Shown: piece after piece, positions 45,283-56,412 of the stretch
Layout: every line of letters starts with the position of its first letter
Position numbering within the stretch: the stretch's first letter is position 1
NCBI GenBank assembly: GCA_036490575.1
Contig: DASXDP010000245.1
Span: forward strand, 792-64,791
DNA from: Xanthobacteraceae bacterium
GTDB taxonomy: Bacteria > Pseudomonadota > Alphaproteobacteria > Rhizobiales > Xanthobacteraceae
Direction of reading: 5' to 3'
Length of the DNA: 64,000 nt
Made by a program: the position numbers and the translations under genes
Notes under the pieces: generated by a model
Seen by the model: only the letters and a program-made list of their open reading frames with translations
What the model was told of the DNA's origin: nothing
The model's database searches: none

Positions 45283-45335
45283 GCGCCTGCCGCTCCCGTG
45301 TCGCGATGCCCAAATGCCCCGGGTCTATATAAGGA

Positions 45336-45827
45336 TCAGGCCGCTTGTTCGCCCGCCGGCTGTTTGGGGGCGAGAATTTGCACGGTACCGCCGGCCTTTT
45401 CCACCGCGGCAACGGCCGATTTCGACGCACCGAACACCGCAAGAGCGACCTTGGCCTTGAGTTCACCACCACCGAGGAGGCGTACGCCGTCTTTGGCCCG
45501 GCGGAGCACACCGGCCTTGACCAGCGCGGCGGCGTCGATGGTCGCACCGACATCAAGCTTGCCGGCGTCGATTGCGCTCTGCAACCGGTCGAGATTGATC
45601 TCGTTGAGCCTGCGCGCAAACTTCACGTTCGTGAACCCGCGCTTGGGCAGGCGCCGATGCAATGGCATCTGGCCGCCTTCAAAACCCTTGATCCGCACGC
45701 CCGAGCGCGCGGTCTGGCCCTTGCCGCCACGGCCGCCGGTCTTGCCCACGCCCGAGCCAATACCGCGCCCGATGCGCTTTCGCGTTTTGCGGGCGCCGGG
45801 GCGTCCGGCCAGTTGGTGAAGCTTCAT
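45336..45827 (-). CDS. rplO: 50S ribosomal protein L15
   Basis: Start MKLHQL at 45827. [23 protein letters not shown]. Confidence 0.96.
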   Translation of the reverse strand: MKLHQLAGRPGARKTRKRIGRGIGSGVGKTGGRGGKGQTARSGVRIKGFEGGQMPLHRRLPKRGFTNVKFARRLNEINLDRLQSAIDAGKLDVGATIDAAALVKAGVLRRAKDGVRLLGGGELKAKVALAVFGASKSAVAAVEKAGGTVQILAPKQPAGEQAA

Positions 45828-45873
45828 GGTCCCGTTTCCTTTACGCCCTCCGCCGCAAGCGGCAGGGTGAAGT

Positions 45874-46074
45874 TTATTTTTCAACCACCCGGATCAGGTG
45901 CGCGACTTTCGCGATCATGCCGCGGGTCTGCGGCGTGTCGACAAGCGTCGACACCCGGCCGATCTTGTTGAGCCGCAAGCCGACCAGCGTCTCGCGCTGC
46001 CGGTGATGCCGGCGCATCGGGCTGCCGATTTGCTCGACCGTGACGGTCTTGCCGGATTTTTTTTCAGCGGCCAT
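45874..46074 (-). CDS. rpmD: 50S ribosomal protein L30
   Basis: Start [22 protein letters not shown] at 46074, with RETL.GL.L.K. Confidence 0.95.
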   Translation of the reverse strand: MAAEKKSGKTVTVEQIGSPMRRHHRQRETLVGLRLNKIGRVSTLVDTPQTRGMIAKVAHLIRVVEK

Positions 46075-46090
46075 GGCCTGCTCCAAACTT

Positions 46091-46651
46091 CTAATCGACG
46101 GCCTGTTCGGCTGCCTCTACGTCGCGGCGCCGCGCCTGCAGCGCGGAAACCTTGACGTTGCGGCGGGCGGCAACGGTGCGCGGCGAGTCCTGGCGCTTGA
46201 GCGCATCGAACGTCGCCCGCACCACATTGTAGGGGTTCGAGGTGCCGAGCGATTTGGCGACGACGTCCTGCATGCCCAGCGTTTCGAATACGGCGCGCAT
46301 CGGACCGCCGGCAATGATGCCGGTGCCGGGAGGCGCAGCGCGCAGGAAAACCTTGCCGGCGCCGTGACGGCCGGCCACATCGTGGTGCAGCGTGCGTCCC
46401 TCGCGGAGCGGCACACGGGTCAGCCCGCGCTTGGCTGCGTCGGTCGCCTTGCGGATCGCCTCCGGCACCTCGCGCGCCTTGCCGTGACCGAAACCGACGC
46501 GGCCCTTCTGGTCGCCAACGACGACCAGCGCGGCGAAGCCGAAGCGCCGGCCGCCCTTTACGACTTTGGCGACGCGATTGATGTGCACGAGCTTGTCAAC
46601 AAACTCGCTGTCACGCTCGTCATTGCGCCTATCGCGTGGTTCACGCGCCAT
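46091..46651 (-). CDS. rpsE: 30S ribosomal protein S5
   Basis: [43 protein letters not shown]. Confidence 0.97.
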   Translation of the reverse strand: MAREPRDRRNDERDSEFVDKLVHINRVAKVVKGGRRFGFAALVVVGDQKGRVGFGHGKAREVPEAIRKATDAAKRGLTRVPLREGRTLHHDVAGRHGAGKVFLRAAPPGTGIIAGGPMRAVFETLGMQDVVAKSLGTSNPYNVVRATFDALKRQDSPRTVAARRNVKVSALQARRRDVEAAEQAVD

Positions 46652-46686
46652 GATGTTCCGCCATGTTGTTCAAGTGCCTACCGTCC

Positions 46687-47049
46687 TCAAAAATTCAGTC
46701 CGCCTTCGCGCGCAGCTTCCGCCAGCGCTTTCACCCGACCGTGGTAGAGATAGCTGCCTCGATCGAAGATGACATTCTTGACGCCCTTCTCTTGCGCGCG
46801 CTGGGCAATCAGCTTGCCGACGGCCTTTGCGGCGGCGACGCTGGCGCCGGTCTTGAGCCCCTCCAGCGCGGTCTTTTCCAGCGACGACGCAGAAACGACC
46901 GTGGCGCCGTGCTCATCATCGATGACCTGCGCGTAAATATACTTGGATGAGCGAAATACGCTGAGCCGGCTGCGGCCATGCGCCGCGCGCGCCAGCGCGC
47001 CACGCACCCGGCCCTGCCGCCGCTGAATTCGGTTCCTGTGTCTGATCAT
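46687..47049 (-). CDS. rplR: 50S ribosomal protein L18
   Basis: [18 protein letters not shown]...[25 protein letters not shown]. Confidence 0.97.
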   Translation of the reverse strand: MIRHRNRIQRRQGRVRGALARAAHGRSRLSVFRSSKYIYAQVIDDEHGATVVSASSLEKTALEGLKTGASVAAAKAVGKLIAQRAQEKGVKNVIFDRGSYLYHGRVKALAEAAREGGLNF

Positions 47050-47060
47050 CGGCCGCCCCG

Positions 47061-47594
47061 TTACTTCTTCTTGCCTTCCTTGCGGAAGATGCGTTCGTCG
47101 GAATATTTGATGCCCTTGCCCTTGTAAGGCTCCGGCGGCCGGTACTCCCGGATCTCGGCTGCGACCTGGCCGACTTTCTGGCGGTCGGCTCCCGAAATCA
47201 CGATCTCAACCGGCCGCGGCGTGGCAATCGTGATGCCCTCCGGGATCGGATAGACAATGTCATGGCTATAGCCGAGCGCGAGCTGCAGGTTCTTTCCTTG
47301 CACCGCGGCGCGATAGCCGACGCCGTTAATCTCGAGACGCCGCTCGAACCCCTTGCCGACGCCGGCGATCAGGTTCGCGATCAACGTGCGCGAAGTGCCC
47401 CACTGGGCGCGAGCGCGCTTGGTTTCGTTGCGCGGGTCGACCTTGATCCGGTCGCCGTCAAGTTGCACGGCGACGTCGTCCGGGACGACCGTCGACAGTG
47501 CGCCTTTCGGCCCCTTGAGTTTGACGGTCTGACCCTCGACGTTGGCGGTGATGCCCGAGGGGATCGCGACCGGCCTTTTTCCGATGCGGGACAT
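47061..47594 (-). CDS. rplF: 50S ribosomal protein L6
   Basis: [31 protein letters not shown]. Confidence 0.97.
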   Translation of the reverse strand: MSRIGKRPVAIPSGITANVEGQTVKLKGPKGALSTVVPDDVAVQLDGDRIKVDPRNETKRARAQWGTSRTLIANLIAGVGKGFERRLEINGVGYRAAVQGKNLQLALGYSHDIVYPIPEGITIATPRPVEIVISGADRQKVGQVAAEIREYRPPEPYKGKGIKYSDERIFRKEGKKK

Positions 47595-47617
47595 GATCTG
47601 AGTTACTCTTTTCGCTC

Positions 47618-48013
47618 CTAGAACACGGTGCAGAGAATTTCGCCGCCGACATTGGCGTCGCGGGCATCGTGGTCGGCCATGACGCCCTTCGGCGTCGAGA
47701 CGATCGCCACGCCGAGACCGTTGTTGATGCGCGGCAAATTCCTCACCGACGTGTAAACCCGGCGCCCGGGCTTTGAAATCCGCTCGATCTCGCGGATCAC
47801 CGGCGTGCCTTCGAAGTATTTCAGCTCAATCTCGATTTCCGAGCGGCCTTCGCGCTCTACGACGGCAAAGCCGCGGATGTATCCTTCGCTCTTGAGGACT
47901 TCCAGGACGCTCTCGCGCAGCCGCGAATTCGGGCTCGACACCTTGTTCTTGCTGCGCATTTGCGCATTGCGGATGCGGGTCAAAAGATCGCCGAGCGGAT
48001 CGTTCATCGACAT
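47618..48013 (-). CDS. rpsH: 30S ribosomal protein S8
   Basis: [20 protein letters not shown]...GGEILC.VF. Confidence 0.97.
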   Translation of the reverse strand: MSMNDPLGDLLTRIRNAQMRSKNKVSSPNSRLRESVLEVLKSEGYIRGFAVVEREGRSEIEIELKYFEGTPVIREIERISKPGRRVYTSVRNLPRINNGLGVAIVSTPKGVMADHDARDANVGGEILCTVF

Positions 48014-48026
48014 TGTGCGATTCTCC

Positions 48027-48332
48027 TTACCAGCTCGACTTCAACAGGCCCGGAATCAGCCCCTTCGAGCCGAGCTCGCGCAATGCAATTCGGGACAACT
48101 TGTGCTTGCGATAAAAACCGCGCGGCCGGCCCGTCATCTCGCACCGATTGCGGATGCGCGTGGCCGACGAATTGCGCGGCAGTTCCGCGAGCTTCAGCGT
48201 GGCGGCAAACCGCTCCTCCACCGGCTTGGTCTTGTCCTGGGCGATCGCCTTAAGCCGCGAACGCCGGCCCGAGTATTTCTTCGACATCCGGCGGCGCCGG
48301 TTGTTCTTTTCGATCGAACTCTTCTTCGCCAT
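48027..48332 (-). CDS. rpsN: 30S ribosomal protein S14 (long, 101-aa form)
   Basis: [16 protein letters not shown]...[41 protein letters not shown]. Confidence 0.97.
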   Translation of the reverse strand: MAKKSSIEKNNRRRRMSKKYSGRRSRLKAIAQDKTKPVEERFAATLKLAELPRNSSATRIRNRCEMTGRPRGFYRKHKLSRIALRELGSKGLIPGLLKSSW

Positions 48333-48370
48333 TTATTGCTCCTCGCCGTTCCGCGTCTGACGCTCTCGCC

Positions 48371-49108
48371 TCACTGCCGGAAGGGAAAATTAAACGCCGT
48401 CAACAGGGCGCGCGCCTCGTCGTCGGTGCGCGCGGTCGTGCATACCGTGATATCCATGCCCCAGACGTCGGTGGTCTTGTCGTAGTCGATTTCCGGGAAC
48501 ACGATGTGCTCCTTGATGCCGAGCGAGTAATTGCCGCGGCCATCGAAGCTTTTTGGATTGAGGCCGCGGAAATCGCGCACGCGGGGCAGCGCGATGTTGA
48601 TAAGCCGGTCGAGAAATTCATACATCCGCGCTTTGCGCAGCGTGACCTTGCAGCCGATCGCCTGTCCGTCGCGCAACTTGTACGTGGCGATCGATTTCCG
48701 CGACTTGGTGACCACCGCCTTTTGGCCGGAGATCAGCGCGAGATCGGCCGCGGCGGAATCGACCTTTTTGCGGTCGGCGACGCCCTCGCCAATGCCCATG
48801 TTGATGACGACCTTATCCAAGACCGGAATCTGCATGCGATTTTTGTAACCGAACTGCTCGGCGAGCCGACCGCGGATCTGTTGGTCGAACTCGACCTTGA
48901 GCCGCGCCGGGACCTTCGGTTCCGGCTCACGCGGCTCGGCTTTCGATTTGCCTTCCGCTGCTTTCTCGCCCTTCTCGGCTTTCGCGGCCTTTGGCGGCTT
49001 ATCGGCCTTTTCGGCCTTTTCGGCCTTCGCCGCCTTGTCCGGCTGGCCGGCAGCTTCCGCGCCCGGCTTAGGAGCCTTCTTCGGCTTTTTCTCTTCGGTG
49101 TCAGCCAT
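48371..49108 (-). CDS. rplE: 50S ribosomal protein L5 with ~65-aa Lys/Ala/Glu/Pro-rich N-terminal extension
   Basis: ATG at 49108 overlaps the rplX stop (ATGGCTGA). [67 protein letters not shown] precedes the canonical [32 protein letters not shown]. There is no ATG or GTG at the usual start position. Confidence 0.93.
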   Translation of the reverse strand: MADTEEKKPKKAPKPGAEAAGQPDKAAKAEKAEKADKPPKAAKAEKGEKAAEGKSKAEPREPEPKVPARLKVEFDQQIRGRLAEQFGYKNRMQIPVLDKVVINMGIGEGVADRKKVDSAAADLALISGQKAVVTKSRKSIATYKLRDGQAIGCKVTLRKARMYEFLDRLINIALPRVRDFRGLNPKSFDGRGNYSLGIKEHIVFPEIDYDKTTDVWGMDITVCTTARTDDEARALLTAFNFPFRQ

Positions 49109-49427
49109 CGATCTCTGCTCCCGAGCGCTTGGCGAAGCGCACCTTCTTTCGGGCATCTCCGGTGCCGGTGATTTTAAAGCCGATGCGGGACGGCTTGTTG
49201 TCCTTGGGATCGGCCAGCGCAACGTTCGATATGTGGATCGGCGATTCCTTGGAGATGATGCCGCCTTCCTGGGTCGCGCTTTGCTTCTGGTGACGCTTGA
49301 CCACGTTGACGCCGCGGACGAGAACGCGGCCGGCCTCGCGGCGCATCTCGATCACCTCGCCGGTGCGGCCTTTGTCGCGGCCGGCGATCACGATGACCGT
49401 ATCGCCCTTTCTGATCTTCGCCGCCAT
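49101..49427 (-). CDS. rplX: 50S ribosomal protein L24
   Basis: [28 protein letters not shown] motif. Confidence 0.97.
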   Translation of the reverse strand: MAAKIRKGDTVIVIAGRDKGRTGEVIEMRREAGRVLVRGVNVVKRHQKQSATQEGGIISKESPIHISNVALADPKDNKPSRIGFKITGTGDARKKVRFAKRSGAEIDG

Positions 49428-49796
49428 TTAGAGAACCTCCGGCGCGAGCGAAATGATTTTCATGTGGTTTTTGGCGCGCAATTCGCGCGGCACCGGGCCG
49501 AAAATACGCGTGCCGACCGGCTCCATCTGCGGATTGATCAGCACCGCCGCATTGCGGTCGAAACGGATGATCGAGCCGTCCGCACGCTTGATGTCCTTGG
49601 CGATGCGCACAATCACCGCCTTCATCACATCGCCCTTCTTCACGCGGCCGCGCGGGATCGCTTCTTTCACCGAAACGACGATCACGTCGCCGATGGTCGC
49701 GTATTTGCGCTTCGAGCCGCCCAAAACCTTGATGCACATGACGCGGCGCGCGCCGGAATTGTCGGCGACGTCGAGGTTGGTTTGCATCTGAATCAT
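49428..49796 (-). CDS. rplN: 50S ribosomal protein L14
   Basis: [28 protein letters not shown]. Confidence 0.98.
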   Translation of the reverse strand: MIQMQTNLDVADNSGARRVMCIKVLGGSKRKYATIGDVIVVSVKEAIPRGRVKKGDVMKAVIVRIAKDIKRADGSIIRFDRNAAVLINPQMEPVGTRIFGPVPRELRAKNHMKIISLAPEVL

Positions 49797-49833
49797 GGGC
49801 TACCCCAAATCACTTTCTTGTCCGGCGCCGACT

Positions 49834-50082
49834 TCAGGACGCTGTCTTCTTTTCGCCGCGCACCACCGCCCAGCGCTTGAGCTTGGAGATTGGCGCGTGC
49901 TCCTCGATCCAAACGATGTCGCCGACCTTGAACTCGTTGTTCTCGTCGTGCGCGTGATACTTCTTCGAGCGGCGGATCACCTTGCCGAATACCGGATGGG
50001 CGAAGCGGCGCTCGACCCGCACCACCAGGGTCTTGTTCTGTTTGTCGCTCACCACGACGCCTTGCAGGCTGCGCTTGGGCAT
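49834..50082 (-). CDS. rpsQ: 30S ribosomal protein S17
   Basis: Start [30 protein letters not shown] at 50082. Confidence 0.96.
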   Translation of the reverse strand: MPKRSLQGVVVSDKQNKTLVVRVERRFAHPVFGKVIRRSKKYHAHDENNEFKVGDIVWIEEHAPISKLKRWAVVRGEKKTAS

Positions 50083-50093
50083 TTTTGTCCTCT

Positions 50094-50291
50094 TCAGCTC
50101 TTCGGTGCGCGCTTTAGCCGGCCGATGGTCTTCAAGCGGGCGATGTCGCGGCGCACTTCCCGCACGCGCGCGGTATTTTCCAATTGTCCCGTGGCGCGCT
50201 GAAATCGCAGATTGAACTGCTCTTTTTTCAGCTTGAGCACCTCGTCGTCGATCTGATCGACGGTCATGGTTTTGATGTCGGCAGTTTTCAT
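50094..50291 (-). CDS. rpmC: 50S ribosomal protein L29
   Basis: Start [31 protein letters not shown] at 50291. Confidence 0.95.
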   Translation of the reverse strand: MKTADIKTMTVDQIDDEVLKLKKEQFNLRFQRATGQLENTARVREVRRDIARLKTIGRLKRAPKS

Positions 50292-50299
50292 CGCGGCGC

Positions 50300-50713
50300 C
50301 TATTCGCTGATGCGCTCCACAAAACGGGTCTTGATCGGCAACTTGGCGGCGGCAAGCGCCAGCGATTCTTTGGCGATCTGCACGCTCACGCCGTCGAGCT
50401 CGAAAATGATGCGCCCCGGCTTGACGCGGCAGACCCAAAGCTCCGGTGTCCCCTTGCCCGAACCCATCCGGACTTCGAGCGGCTTCTTCGAGACCGGCAC
50501 GTCCGGAAAAACTCGGATCCAAACCCGGCCCGACCGCTTCATATGCCGCGTCAGCGCACGGCGCGCGGCCTCGATCTGACGCGCGGTGATCCGTTCCGGC
50601 TCCATCGCTTTCAGGCCAAACTGGCCGAAAGCAAGCGTCGCCGCGCTGGTCGCAACGCCGTGGATACGGCCCTTGTGCGCCTTGCGGAATTTGGTTCGCA
50701 TCGGTTGCAGCAT
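50300..50713 (-). CDS. rplP: 50S ribosomal protein L16
   Basis: [19 protein letters not shown]...[12 protein letters not shown]. Confidence 0.97.
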   Translation of the reverse strand: MLQPMRTKFRKAHKGRIHGVATSAATLAFGQFGLKAMEPERITARQIEAARRALTRHMKRSGRVWIRVFPDVPVSKKPLEVRMGSGKGTPELWVCRVKPGRIIFELDGVSVQIAKESLALAAAKLPIKTRFVERISE

Positions 50714-50748
50714 GGCGAACGTCTTTCTCTCAAATGATCCCTGGCGCC

Positions 50749-51447
50749 CTAGGCCGCGTCACGGCGAGGACGGCCTGCGTCACCCTCGGCCATGCGTTTG
50801 TCCTGCGCCATCGGGTCATGCTCCATGATCTCGCCTTTAAAGATCCAGACTTTGACCCCGCAGGTGCCGTAGGTGGTGAATGCGGTGGCAACGCCGTAAT
50901 CGACGTCGGCCCGCAACGTATGCAACGGCACGCGACCCTCGCGGTACCATTCCATGCGTGCAATCTCGGCGCCGCCGAGCCGGCCGGAGCAATTGATGCG
51001 GATGCCGCCGGCGCCAAGCCGCACGGCCGATTGCACCGCACGCTTCATGGCGCGTCGGAACGCGACGCGGCGCTCGAGCTGCTGCGCGATTGATTCGGCG
51101 ACCAGCTGCGCGTCGAGCTCGGGCTTGCGAATTTCGACAATGTTGATGACCACGTCGCTGTCGGTCAGTTCGGCGACCTTGCGGCGCAGCTTCTCGATGT
51201 CGGCGCCCTTCTTGCCGATCACCACGCCCGGGCGAGCCGAATGAATGGTAACGCGGCATTTCTTGTGCGGGCGCTCGATCACGATTTTCGAGACCGCCGC
51301 CTGTTTCAGCTCCTTCAGCAGCGCCTTGCGGATTTTCATGTCTTCATGCAGCAGCGAGCCATAGCTCGTCTTGCCGGCATACCACCGCGAATCCCAGGTG
51401 CGATTGATGCCCAGGCGAAGCCCGACCGGATTGACTTTCTGACCCAT
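50749..51447 (-). CDS. rpsC: 30S ribosomal protein S3
   Basis: [24 protein letters not shown], with KH domain and [10 protein letters not shown]. Confidence 0.97.
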   Translation of the reverse strand: MGQKVNPVGLRLGINRTWDSRWYAGKTSYGSLLHEDMKIRKALLKELKQAAVSKIVIERPHKKCRVTIHSARPGVVIGKKGADIEKLRRKVAELTDSDVVINIVEIRKPELDAQLVAESIAQQLERRVAFRRAMKRAVQSAVRLGAGGIRINCSGRLGGAEIARMEWYREGRVPLHTLRADVDYGVATAFTTYGTCGVKVWIFKGEIMEHDPMAQDKRMAEGDAGRPRRDAA

Positions 51448-51480
51448 CTTATCTCCTCGCCTGCCGGCGAATTCCGTCCG

Positions 51481-51867
51481 TTACGATTGCGCTTCCGCCT
51501 CGACCTCACGGACCACGATGGTGAGGTGCGAGAACGGCTTGAAAACCCTGCCCACTCGGCCACGGGCGCGTGGCATGTGGCGTTTCATGACGATCGACTT
51601 GCCGACGTGGGCCTCAGCGACCACGAGATCATCGACGTCGAGATCGTGGTTGTTTTCGGCGTTGGCAATCGCCGACTCCAGGCACTTGCGAACATCCCGG
51701 GCAATGCGCTTGCGCGAGAATTCGAGGTCTGCGAGCGCCATTGAAACCTTTTTGCCGCGAATGAGCTGCGCCAACAGGTTCAGCTTTTGCGGACTGATCC
51801 GTAGCGTCCGCAACACCGCTTTGGCTTCAGTGTCGGAAAGCGCGCGTGGCTGTTTTTTCTTGCTCAT
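51481..51867 (-). CDS. rplV: 50S ribosomal protein L22
   Basis: [29 protein letters not shown]. Confidence 0.97.
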   Translation of the reverse strand: MSKKKQPRALSDTEAKAVLRTLRISPQKLNLLAQLIRGKKVSMALADLEFSRKRIARDVRKCLESAIANAENNHDLDVDDLVVAEAHVGKSIVMKRHMPRARGRVGRVFKPFSHLTIVVREVEAEAQS

Positions 51868-51885
51868 GTGAGCTTCTCTTCGACC

Positions 51886-52212
51886 TTAAGATGCGCCGCC
51901 AGCCGGAGCGGCCGGCGCCGAGGTGCCTCCGCTGTCCGAGCGTTTGGCCTTGCGATCCGACGAGTGCCCGTAAAATGAGCGCGTCGGCGCGAATTCCCCG
52001 AATTTGTGTCCGACCATTTCCTCGGTGACGATCACCGGGACGTGTTTTTGGCCGTTATAGACGCCGAACGTCAGACCGACGAATTGCGGCAGTATGGTCG
52101 AGCGCCGCGACCAGATGCGGATCATGTCGTGGCGTCCGGACGCGCGGGCGGCATCCGCCTTCTTGAGCAGAAAGCCGTCGACAAACGGACCCTTCCAGAC
52201 CGAGCGCGTCAT
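51886..52212 (-). CDS. rpsS: 30S ribosomal protein S19 (with short Ala/Pro/Gly-rich C-terminal extension)
   Basis: [12 protein letters not shown]...[32 protein letters not shown]. The extra tail is [18 protein letters not shown]. Confidence 0.96.
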   Translation of the reverse strand: MTRSVWKGPFVDGFLLKKADAARASGRHDMIRIWSRRSTILPQFVGLTFGVYNGQKHVPVIVTEEMVGHKFGEFAPTRSFYGHSSDRKAKRSDSGGTSAPAAPAGGAS

Positions 52213-52230
52213 GATTGTTCCTCGCGATCC

Positions 52231-53061
52231 TTATTTGCTCTTCTTGCGGGCGTGACGGCTCACCATGATGAATTTAGTGGTCCGCTTGTTCTTGCGTGTC
52301 TTCGCGCCCCTGGTCGGCTTACCCCAAGGCGTCACCGGATGACGGCCGCCGCGGGTTCGCCCGCCCAGCGGGTGATCGACCGGGTTCATGGTCTCGCCGC
52401 GCACATGCCCGCGCCATCCCATCCAGCGGTTGCGGCCGGCTTTGCCGATCGAGATGTTCATGTTGTCGGGATTAGACACTGCGCCGACTGTCGCGATGCA
52501 GCGGCCGTGAACGAGCCGTTGCTCACCGGAATTAAGCCGCAGAATGACGTACACGCCGTCGCGGCCGACGATTTGAGCGTACGTGCCGGCCGAGCGCGCG
52601 ATTTGCCCGCCTTTGCCGATCTTTAACTCGATGTTGTGGACGATGGTGCCAACCGGGATGTTGGCCAGCGGCATGGCGTTGCCGGGTTTGACGTCCACGT
52701 ATTCACCCGAAACAACGTTGTCGCCGACGCCGAGCCGCTGCGGCGCCAGAATGTAGGCGAGCTCGCCATCCTCGTATTTGATCAGCGCGATAAAGGCGGT
52801 TCGGTTGGGATCATACTCGATCCGCTCAACCTTGGCCGGCGCATCAAAGCGGCGGCGTTTGAAGTCTATTCTGCGATACGCTTTCTTGTGGCCGCCGCCG
52901 CGATAGCGGCTGGTGATCGAGCCCGAATTGTTGCGGCCGCCGCTGGAGCTCTTGCCTTCGGTCAGCGCCTTCACCGGCGCGCCCGTGTGCAGTCCGGAGC
53001 GATCGACCAGCACCAGCTGGCGCTGGCCTGGCGTGACCGGATTATAGGTCTTGAGTGCCAT
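52231..53061 (-). CDS. rplB: 50S ribosomal protein L2
   Basis: [17 protein letters not shown]...GGGHKK.YR.IDF...NPVDHP.GGG. Confidence 0.98.
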   Translation of the reverse strand: MALKTYNPVTPGQRQLVLVDRSGLHTGAPVKALTEGKSSSGGRNNSGSITSRYRGGGHKKAYRRIDFKRRRFDAPAKVERIEYDPNRTAFIALIKYEDGELAYILAPQRLGVGDNVVSGEYVDVKPGNAMPLANIPVGTIVHNIELKIGKGGQIARSAGTYAQIVGRDGVYVILRLNSGEQRLVHGRCIATVGAVSNPDNMNISIGKAGRNRWMGWRGHVRGETMNPVDHPLGGRTRGGRHPVTPWGKPTRGAKTRKNKRTTKFIMVSRHARKKSK

Positions 53062-53071
53062 CGCGCGCTCC

Positions 53072-53371
53072 CTACAGTCCCGTGGTCACGTCGATCTTCT
53101 GACCCTCTTCGAGGGTCACGACCGCGCGCTTGGTTGTCGATTGCAGGCCGAAACGGCCCTTAAACGCCTTCCACTTGCCGCGGCGGCGAAGCGTGTTGAC
53201 GCTTTTGACCTTGACGTCGAACAGCCGCTCGACCGCTTCCTTGATTTGCGGCTTGGTCGCCGTCAGCGCGACCTTGAAAATGACCTTGCTGTGCTCGGAA
53301 GCGTTGGTCGCCTTCTCGGTGATGACCGGCGAAAGAATGACGTCGTAGTGGCGCGGATCGTTGGTGCTCAT
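53072..53371 (-). CDS. rplW: 50S ribosomal protein L23
   Basis: [27 protein letters not shown]...[16 protein letters not shown]. Confidence 0.97.
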   Translation of the reverse strand: MSTNDPRHYDVILSPVITEKATNASEHSKVIFKVALTATKPQIKEAVERLFDVKVKSVNTLRRRGKWKAFKGRFGLQSTTKRAVVTLEEGQKIDVTTGL

Positions 53372-53988
53372 TTGAACCGCGCCTCCAGCGCATCGACCGC
53401 CGCGCGGGTCAATACCAGCTTCTGCCGCCGCAGAATGTCGTAAACGTTGATGCCGGCGATCGGAAGCACGTCGATGTTGGGGATGTTGCGCGCCGCGTTG
53501 CGCAAATTCACCGCCACCTCGGCGCCATCAACGATCAGGGCGCTGGAAAAGCCGAGCTTCTCGAACTTCCCGCGCAACGTCTTGGTCTTTGCCTCTTTGA
53601 GGTCGATCGCCTCGATGATCACAATGCCGTCGTCTTTAGCCTTGGCCGACAGCGCATGCTTGAGCGCGAGCGCCCGGACTTTTTTCGGCAAGCCGATCTC
53701 GTGACTGCGCGGCAGCGGGCCGAACGAGCGGCCACCGCCGCGGAATAAATTTACGCGCGCCGAACCGTGACGGGCCGAGCCGGTACCCTTCTGCCGGTAC
53801 ATCTTCTTGCCGGTGCGGTGGATATCGGCGCGGTTCTTGACCGCATGGGTGCCGGCGCGGCGCTTGGCCAACTGCCAGATCACGCAACGATGGATGAGGT
53901 CGGTCCGCGGCTCGAGACCGAAGATGCCGTCGGATACGGTGACCGAACCTGCGTTTTTGCCGTCGAGCGAGGTGACTTTCAGTTCCAT
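53368..53988 (-). CDS. rplD: 50S ribosomal protein L4
   Basis: Start [16 protein letters not shown] at 53988. [13 protein letters not shown]...FRGGG. A 4-nt overlap with rplW. Confidence 0.97.
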   Translation of the reverse strand: MELKVTSLDGKNAGSVTVSDGIFGLEPRTDLIHRCVIWQLAKRRAGTHAVKNRADIHRTGKKMYRQKGTGSARHGSARVNLFRGGGRSFGPLPRSHEIGLPKKVRALALKHALSAKAKDDGIVIIEAIDLKEAKTKTLRGKFEKLGFSSALIVDGAEVAVNLRNAARNIPNIDVLPIAGINVYDILRRQKLVLTRAAVDALEARFK

Positions 53989-53989
53989 G

Positions 53990-54733
53990 TCACGCGCCCT
54001 CCGTGGCTTCGGAGGCGGGTCCGTCGGCTTTTGCCGCCGGCGCCGCCCCGCCATTTTCGGCGAGCTTGAATTTGCCGGGCTTTGGCACGCCGTCCGGTAA
54101 TTTCTTTTTGACGGCGTCACGCACCGTGATCCATCCGCCGTTGACGCCAGGCACGGCGCCTTCGACCAGAATGAGGCCGCGCGCGACGTCAGTCTGCATC
54201 ACTTTCAGATTAAGCGTGGTCACCCGCTCGACGCCGAGATGGCCGGACATTTTCTTGTTCTTGAAAGTCTTGCCCGGATCTTGACGTCCGCCGGTGCCGC
54301 CGATCGACCGGTGCGAAATCGATACGCCATGCGAGGCGCGAAGGCCGGCAAAATTCCAGCGCTTCATGGCGCCGGCCCAGCCCTTTCCGGTCGAGGTGCC
54401 GGTCACATCCACAAACTGGCCGACCAGAAAATGATCGGCGGTGATTTCGGCGCCAATCGGAATGAGCGCATCGTCATCAACGCGGAATTCGGCGAGCTTG
54501 CGTTTCGGCTCGACCTTGGCGATGGCGAAGTTGCCGCGCCCGGCCCTGGTCGTGCGCTGCGCCTTGCGCATGCCGGCGCCGAGCTGCAACGCCACGTAGC
54601 CGTTCTTTTCCTTGGTGCGGTGGCCGACCACCTGGCAGTTGCCAAGGCGGAGCACCGTGACCGGCACGTGCTCTCCGGCATCGGTAAACAGCCGGGTCAT
54701 CCCCATTTTCTGCGCAAGCACGCCCGATCGCAT
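53990..54733 (-). CDS. rplC: 50S ribosomal protein L3
   Basis: [28 protein letters not shown]...[14 protein letters not shown], with an Ala/Pro/Gly-rich C-terminal tail. Confidence 0.97.
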   Translation of the reverse strand: MRSGVLAQKMGMTRLFTDAGEHVPVTVLRLGNCQVVGHRTKEKNGYVALQLGAGMRKAQRTTRAGRGNFAIAKVEPKRKLAEFRVDDDALIPIGAEITADHFLVGQFVDVTGTSTGKGWAGAMKRWNFAGLRASHGVSISHRSIGGTGGRQDPGKTFKNKKMSGHLGVERVTTLNLKVMQTDVARGLILVEGAVPGVNGGWITVRDAVKKKLPDGVPKPGKFKLAENGGAAPAAKADGPASEATEGA

Positions 54734-54751
54734 GGCTAAATTCCCCGCGCC

Positions 54752-55060
54752 TTAAAGTTTGATCTCGACGTCGACGCCGGCCGCAAGGTCGAGCTTCATC
54801 AGCGCGTCCACGGTCTGCGGCGTCGGATCGACAATATCGAGAAGCCGCTTGTGAGTGCGCATCTCGAACTGCTCGCGGCTCTTCTTGTCGACATGCGGTG
54901 AGCGGTTGACGGTGAATTTCTCAATCCGCGTCGGCAACGGAATAGGCCCGCGTACCTGTGCGCCGGTGCGCTTGGCGGTGTTGACGATTTCGCGCGTCGA
55001 CGCATCGAGGATGCGGTGGTCGAACGCCTTCAATCGGATCCGAATGTTCTGGCCGTTCAT
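54752..55060 (-). CDS. rpsJ: 30S ribosomal protein S10
   Basis: [36 protein letters not shown]. Confidence 0.98.
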   Translation of the reverse strand: MNGQNIRIRLKAFDHRILDASTREIVNTAKRTGAQVRGPIPLPTRIEKFTVNRSPHVDKKSREQFEMRTHKRLLDIVDPTPQTVDALMKLDLAAGVDVEIKL

Positions 55061-55076
55061 TTCCGTCTCTCTGTCC

Positions 55077-55161
55077 CGTCATGGCCGGACTTGGTGCGGC
55101 CACCCACGTCTATCCTTCACGCTCGAAGTCGTGGATGCCCGGCACCAGGCCGGGCATGACG
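55077..55161. repeat. imperfect inverted pair of CGTCATGSCCGG REP units between tuf and rpsJ
   Basis: cgtcatggccggacttggtgcggccacccacg versus the reverse complement of cgtggatgcccggcaccaggccgggcatgacg (= cgtcatgcccggcctggtgccgggcatccacg). Confidence 0.75.
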
Positions 55162-55172
55162 ACGAAACAAAC

Positions 55173-56363
55173 CTACTCGACAATGCTCGCGACGACGCCC
55201 GCGCCCACCGTCCGGCCGCCCTCGCGGATGGCGAAGCGGAGCTTCTCCTCCATGGCGATCGGCACGATCAGCGTCACTTCCATGGCGATATTGTCGCCGG
55301 GCATGACCATCTCGGTGCCCTCCGGCAGCGTGACCACGCCGGTCACGTCGGTGGTGCGGAAGTAGAATTGCGGGCGGTAATTGGTGAAGAACGGCGTGTG
55401 GCGGCCACCCTCCTCCTTGGTGAGGATGTAGGCCTCAGCCTTGAACTTGGTGTGCGGCTTCACCGAACCCGGCTTGCACAGCACCTGACCGCGCTCGACT
55501 TCCTCGCGCTTGGTGCCGCGCAGCAGACAGCCGACGTTGTCGCCGGCCTCGCCCTGGTCGAGCAGCTTACGGAACATCTCGACGCCGGTGACGACGGTCT
55601 TGGTGGTGGGCTTGATGCCGACGATCTCGACTTCCTCGCCGACTTTAATGATGCCGCGCTCGATCCGCCCGGTGCAGACCGTGCCGCGTCCGGAGATCGA
55701 GAACACGTCTTCGACCGGCATCAGGAACGGCTGATCCTTCGGACGTTCCGGCTGCGGGATGTAATCGTCCACCGCCTTCATCAGTTCGAGGATCGCATCC
55801 TTGCCTAGCTTCTGATCCTTATCCTCAAGCGCCATCAACGCCGAACCTTTGACGACAGGGACCTTATCGCCGGGGAAATTGTACTTGGACAAAAGCTCCC
55901 GGACCTCGAGCTCGACGAGCTCAAGCAGCTCCGGATCATCGACCATGTCGACCTTGTTGAGGAACACGACCAGCGCCGGCACACCAACCTGACGGGCGAG
56001 CAGAATGTGCTCACGGGTCTGCGGCATCGGGCCATCGGACGCACTCACCACTAGGATCGCGCCATCCATCTGCGCGGCGCCGGTGATCATGTTCTTCACG
56101 TAGTCGGCGTGCCCGGGGCAATCGACGTGCGCATAATGGCGCTTGTCGGTTTCGTACTCGACGTGCGCGGTAGCAATGGTGATGCCGCGCGCTTTCTCTT
56201 CTGGCGCCTTATCGATCTGGTCATAGGCGGTGTATTGGGCCTGGCCTTTTTCCGCCAACACCTTGGTGATCGCCGCCGTCAATGACGTCTTGCCGTGATC
56301 GACGTGACCGATGGTGCCGATGTTGCAATGCGGTTTGCTGCGGTTGAATTTTTCCTTGGCCAT
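55173..56363 (-). CDS. tuf: elongation factor Tu
   Basis: [45 protein letters not shown]. 396 aa. Confidence 0.99.
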   Translation of the reverse strand: MAKEKFNRSKPHCNIGTIGHVDHGKTSLTAAITKVLAEKGQAQYTAYDQIDKAPEEKARGITIATAHVEYETDKRHYAHVDCPGHADYVKNMITGAAQMDGAILVVSASDGPMPQTREHILLARQVGVPALVVFLNKVDMVDDPELLELVELEVRELLSKYNFPGDKVPVVKGSALMALEDKDQKLGKDAILELMKAVDDYIPQPERPKDQPFLMPVEDVFSISGRGTVCTGRIERGIIKVGEEVEIVGIKPTTKTVVTGVEMFRKLLDQGEAGDNVGCLLRGTKREEVERGQVLCKPGSVKPHTKFKAEAYILTKEEGGRHTPFFTNYRPQFYFRTTDVTGVVTLPEGTEMVMPGDNIAMEVTLIVPIAMEEKLRFAIREGGRTVGAGVVASIVE

Positions 56364-56412
56364 GTGGGGCTCTCCGTTCCGGCTTTCTCTCTATAGTTTG
56401 CTGAAATCGCGA

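Noticed and set aside
48950-49060. Short tandem repeats (ggccttttc and related) that could be a VNTR or CRISPR-like array.
   Set aside because: The repeat unit is 9 nt, in frame, and encodes the AEKAEKA low-complexity part of the L5 extension. There are no spacers and no cas genes. It is coding-sequence slippage, not an array.
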